This document shows, piece by piece, positions 59,719 to 64,000 of a stretch of 64,000 nt of DNA (the first letter of the stretch is position 1; the number at the start of each line of letters is the position of its first letter). This DNA is from Candidatus Sumerlaeaceae bacterium (GTDB lineage Bacteria > Sumerlaeota > Sumerlaeia > Sumerlaeales > Sumerlaeaceae). The translations under genes were made by a program, and so were the position numbers. The DNA lies in contig JBPCLP010000013.1 of assembly GCA_051003195.1 (NCBI GenBank), positions 88,366 to 152,365 on the forward strand, read 5' to 3'. The notes under the pieces are model-generated. The model saw only the letters and a list, made by a program, of their open reading frames with translations, ran no database searches and was not told the DNA's origin.

Positions 59719-60768
59719 CTATTTCAGTCCATTTGGGAAAATGCGCAGCGGCTTGAAATGCACGGCAAAGCGACTGTTGTAGACGTTTTCGCGCATCTGG
59801 GTTTCGAAACGCTCTGCCTGCATAACGGCAAGCAGTGCTCCGTCATCGCTGGCGATACCGACGATTGCTCCGCTGTTCAGCCCTGCTGCTGCATCCATGT
59901 CGTCCATCATTTTCTCGTGCAGCGGCTGGCCCCGGAACAGGCGATCCACATAAGCTGGTAACAGCTTCAGCATGGGATAACGTTTGGAATCCAATGCGGC
60001 AGCTCCGCGCACAAGGTACTCGTCGACCCGGTCGGGCGAATTCGTCAACACGTCGTAGGGCATCGCAACCTGCAGGTCGAATCGTCCCACGGCACTGCGC
60101 GAGAGCTGCGCGAGGTATCCGCCGCAGCCGAGATCGCGTCCAAGATCGCGCGCGAGCGCCCGCACGTAGGTACCGGAAGATACCCGGGTAACGAATTGCG
60201 CACGCTTTATAGTTTTGGGTGCATCTGCATGGGGAGGATCAACGCGTGCCAGGATATCTGCGGGCGAGTCGGCATCGTGCAGGTCCAGGATATCGAACGA
60301 GAACACCGTAACGGGACGTGGTTCGATCGTAACCTCAATGTTCTCGCGTGCGTACTCGTATAGCTTTTTTCCCGCGACTTTCACGGCCGCATACCGAGGG
60401 GGAACCTGTTCGATCTCGCCCGTAAAGCGTTTCGCAAACTGGCGCACGCGCTCGAGAGTTACCTCGCGGGCGTCACCTACCAGTGTGGGCGCACCTTCGG
60501 AGTCGTCCGTGGTCGTTTCAATACCCAGGCCGATGTAGCCATCGTAGGTCTTGTCGCTCTCTACCAGGTAGGGGACCAGCTTGGTGTAGGGACCGATGCA
60601 GAGAAGCAACAGGCCTTCCGCGGCAGGATCAAGAGTGCCAGTGTGGCCAATGGCGCGTTGCTGGAGCACGCGCCTGGCGACCTGCACGACGTCGTGTGAA
60701 GTAGGTCCTGCGGGTTTGATTACCGGGAGCACACCACCGAGACTGGAAACGGACTGCTTACGAGGCAT
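59719..60768 (-). CDS. truB: tRNA pseudouridine(55) synthase
   Basis: KPAGPTSHDVV, GHTGTLDP, QVPPRYAAVKVAGKKLY and SSGTYVRALARDLG. Confidence 0.97.
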   Translation of the reverse strand: MPRKQSVSSLGGVLPVIKPAGPTSHDVVQVARRVLQQRAIGHTGTLDPAAEGLLLLCIGPYTKLVPYLVESDKTYDGYIGLGIETTTDDSEGAPTLVGDAREVTLERVRQFAKRFTGEIEQVPPRYAAVKVAGKKLYEYARENIEVTIEPRPVTVFSFDILDLHDADSPADILARVDPPHADAPKTIKRAQFVTRVSSGTYVRALARDLGRDLGCGGYLAQLSRSAVGRFDLQVAMPYDVLTNSPDRVDEYLVRGAAALDSKRYPMLKLLPAYVDRLFRGQPLHEKMMDDMDAAAGLNSGAIVGIASDDGALLAVMQAERFETQMRENVYNSRFAVHFKPLRIFPNGLK

Positions 60769-60821
60769 GTGGCGAATACGGCGAGGGCTGGCAGCTCAAA
60801 GCAACTGGAGAAACGACGGCG

Positions 60822-61229
60822 TTACCGCCACACATCCGGATTGGTTTCCTCTGGCAGGCCGTGTGCCAGTTCTTCAACCCGATCGATGATGTAAGAGGGG
60901 TCCTCGAGTTGTCGCTCCAACTCGTCTTGCAGCGTATCTTTGGTTGCATGGAAGCAGGTAGTCGATGCCATTCCGCCGTTGCGGCTCTTCCAGACGCGCA
61001 CAGCCAGAAAGCGCAGGGAGTCGAACTGCCGATCGATTTCTGCGTCCATGTGCATGACGGCCAGTTCAACACGGCCAGGCAGTGTAATGCTCGGATCCCC
61101 AAAGTGGACACGGCGCCCGGCCCGAAGATCGGGGAATTTCGAACGTGCTGGAACACGCTCTTCATAGACGGCGAGAATCTCATCGAGCATCTCGCGCACT
61201 GCCTGGTTCATTTCGTCGCGGTTACTCAT
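60822..61229 (-). CDS. Hypothetical protein
   Basis: 135-aa ORF upstream of and co-oriented with truB. Confidence 0.65.
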   Translation of the reverse strand: MSNRDEMNQAVREMLDEILAVYEERVPARSKFPDLRAGRRVHFGDPSITLPGRVELAVMHMDAEIDRQFDSLRFLAVRVWKSRNGGMASTTCFHATKDTLQDELERQLEDPSYIIDRVEELAHGLPEETNPDVWR

Positions 61230-61268
61230 CCGCAACGGCTACCTGCCCGGCTCGCGGTCATTCGTCCG

Positions 61269-61376
61269 CTGGTGTGGTAACCACTTAATTCGTTGGCAAG
61301 TTCTGTGTGTGCCGAACGGGCGCAGAGTACCAGGGGACCGTGGACCATGGATAAGACCTCTGTTTCGGCAAACCAG
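61269..61376 (+). mobile_element. Miniature element copy G (108 bp, unique interior)
   Basis: CTGGTGTGGTAACCACTTAATTCG...GTGTGCCGAA...TTCGGCAAACCAG. Confidence 0.7.
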
Positions 61377-61485
61377 GGACAAGTTTTTCCATTTACATGG
61401 GTCAATTGGTGGAGCGACAACTGCGGTACTCGCGCGATCACAGTGGAATGGCCGCGGCCTTTGCGGACCGCGGCAAAAGGAAGAC

Positions 61486-62451
61486 ATGTTGAAGCTTCGA
61501 CTAACTATTGCGCGCGTTTCGGTTCTGTGCACCTTGCTATTTGCGGGAGTTGCTGGTTCGCAACCGCCGCCCGGTGACGTTCCACCTCCACCCGAAGCTC
61601 GGCGTGGACCGGCGGTACGGATGCCACCTGACGGCAGTCGCAATTTTCGTTCGCCTGCGGGTGCCCGGAACTTCCCGGGTTTTCGCGATCCCGGCTCGAG
61701 TAGTCCGCTGGTAATGTTTCGGCAGTTCCTGCGGGATGAAATGAAGAACGTGCCGCTGCTGGCGCCAAAAGTGAGTGATCTTGCTGATATTCAGCAGCAG
61801 CGCAATGTGCTTCAGAAAGAGCGTGCGCAGATTGCGGATGATCGAAGCCTTTCGTCAGAGCAGTCGTTACGGAAGTTCCATGACCTGTTGAAACGTGAGG
61901 ACAACCTTAACAATCGCCAGAAGAGCCTGCTGGAATCGTTCGTGAACGACGCTCCGCGGATCCAAAAGCAGATTGCTGAACGGCGCCAGCAGATCCAGGC
62001 GAAATTGAAGCAGCTGCCCGAACCGCTTGAAGACGATGGGACGGAAGCCCTCACGCCGCAACGTACCGAAGCACGCAATCTTATGCAGAGTGCAAGATTG
62101 TATGAGTTCCTCGACGCCAGGATGACGTCCTTACAGGAGAATCCGGAACGAGTGGACATGTTGCAGCGCTTCTTCAAGGGAATGCCCAACTTCGATGAGC
62201 CAGAGCGCGGCGGCGGATATGAGGAAGCACGTTCGCGCCTTCAACAAATCCAGTTGGAGCAGGAAAAACTTTCAGAGCGAATGGACCGACTGGACGAAGA
62301 AATCCGTCAACTGCGCCAGGTGCTGCGAAATCCAGTCGGTACACAGCGCTGGCGCGGTCAAAACCGCGAGAATCTACCAGCCGGCCCCGTTGGCGATCGA
62401 CGTACAAGTGGACCGAAGCCCCTGCCGGAGCCCGGACCGCCGGAAAGTTAG
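61486..62451 (+). CDS. Secreted coiled-coil hypothetical protein
   Basis: AAGGAAG RBS, signal peptide, Pro-rich ends and Q/E/R-rich helices. Confidence 0.7.
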   Translation: MLKLRLTIARVSVLCTLLFAGVAGSQPPPGDVPPPPEARRGPAVRMPPDGSRNFRSPAGARNFPGFRDPGSSSPLVMFRQFLRDEMKNVPLLAPKVSDLADIQQQRNVLQKERAQIADDRSLSSEQSLRKFHDLLKREDNLNNRQKSLLESFVNDAPRIQKQIAERRQQIQAKLKQLPEPLEDDGTEALTPQRTEARNLMQSARLYEFLDARMTSLQENPERVDMLQRFFKGMPNFDEPERGGGYEEARSRLQQIQLEQEKLSERMDRLDEEIRQLRQVLRNPVGTQRWRGQNRENLPAGPVGDRRTSGPKPLPEPGPPES

Positions 62452-62452
62452 T

Positions 62453-63616
<1,164 letters not shown>

Positions 63617-63713
63617 GTGGAGAACCTTCTATATAAGAGATGCGGGTAGTTAGAATTGTGTGGGATGCGTTATCAAACGAAATATGGCCTTCCGCAGGAG
63701 GCAAGGTGCGGCG

Positions 63714-63812
63714 CGAGGAGGGTCTGCCTTCAGTTCGTAATCAGTTCTGTGTGCCAGATCGAGATCAAGTCTGCCATTTGGTCGGTAAGGATCTACTGAT
63801 TCGGCACACTGG
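63714..63812 (+). mobile_element. Miniature element copy H (beta)
   Basis: Interior matches copy C; ends GATTCGGCACACTGG. Confidence 0.8.
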
Positions 63813-63908
63813 GGGTTTGTTTCCATCAATTCGTTCACTGGTTTTGTGTGCCGTCCGAGCTCGGAGCTTCCTGAAGTATAGCTATGAACTTCTGGGACGG
63901 CACACTGG
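63809..63908 (+). mobile_element. Miniature element copy I (gamma)
   Basis: GTGTGCCGTCC...GAACTTCTGGGACGGCACACTGG; interior matches copy A. Confidence 0.8.
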
Positions 63909-64000
63909 GCTCTTGTCCCAGAGATTCGTAACGAAATTTGCGCGCTTTCCGGCGCCCCTTCAGGGCGCGAAAAATGGGGTGCTGTAACCCAGGGCTGCGT
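63905..64000 (+). mobile_element. Miniature element copy J (delta, truncated by the window edge)
   Basis: CTGGGCTCTTGTCCCAGAGATTCG followed by the same REP-like block as copy F. Confidence 0.7.

Noticed and set aside
63714..64000. Repeat/variable pattern as a CRISPR or integron attC array
   Set aside because: The conserved parts are too degenerate, the same units occur singly elsewhere, there are no ORF cassettes, and no cas or integrase gene is present.

Overview
A GC-rich bacterial chromosomal segment with about 55 genes and no rRNA, tRNA or CRISPR array that I can see. Housekeeping genes include hisS-aspS, folP, mnmA, truB, rplY and an isolated atpC. Envelope genes include LemA-TPM-TPM, an amidase, an L,D-transpeptidase, an acyltransferase-3, ABC ATPases and many secreted proteins. 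My tentative, recall-based guess at the lineage is Candidatus Sumerlaeota/BRC1; this is unverified. Main observations: (1) four unrelated secreted proteins end in the same short motif [VI]-x-[GD]-W-x-x-Y-stop, a candidate new C-terminal sorting signal; (2) a response regulator with an RNxxxH HEPN-like output domain lies beside a membrane histidine kinase; (3) an isolated operon encodes four paralogous, very acidic, all-helical proteins of about 300 aa; (4) ten co-oriented miniature elements with IS630-like ends lie in the right 20 kb, some carrying REP-like cargo; (5) a 140-165 bp repeat pair in inverted orientation brackets a 6.3 kb segment, in the zone where GC skew appears by eye to flip; (6) two genes are missing from the ORF track (a DUF2092-like gene at the left edge and a 48-aa Lys-rich ORF). 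All calls come from reading motifs by eye; no searches were run.
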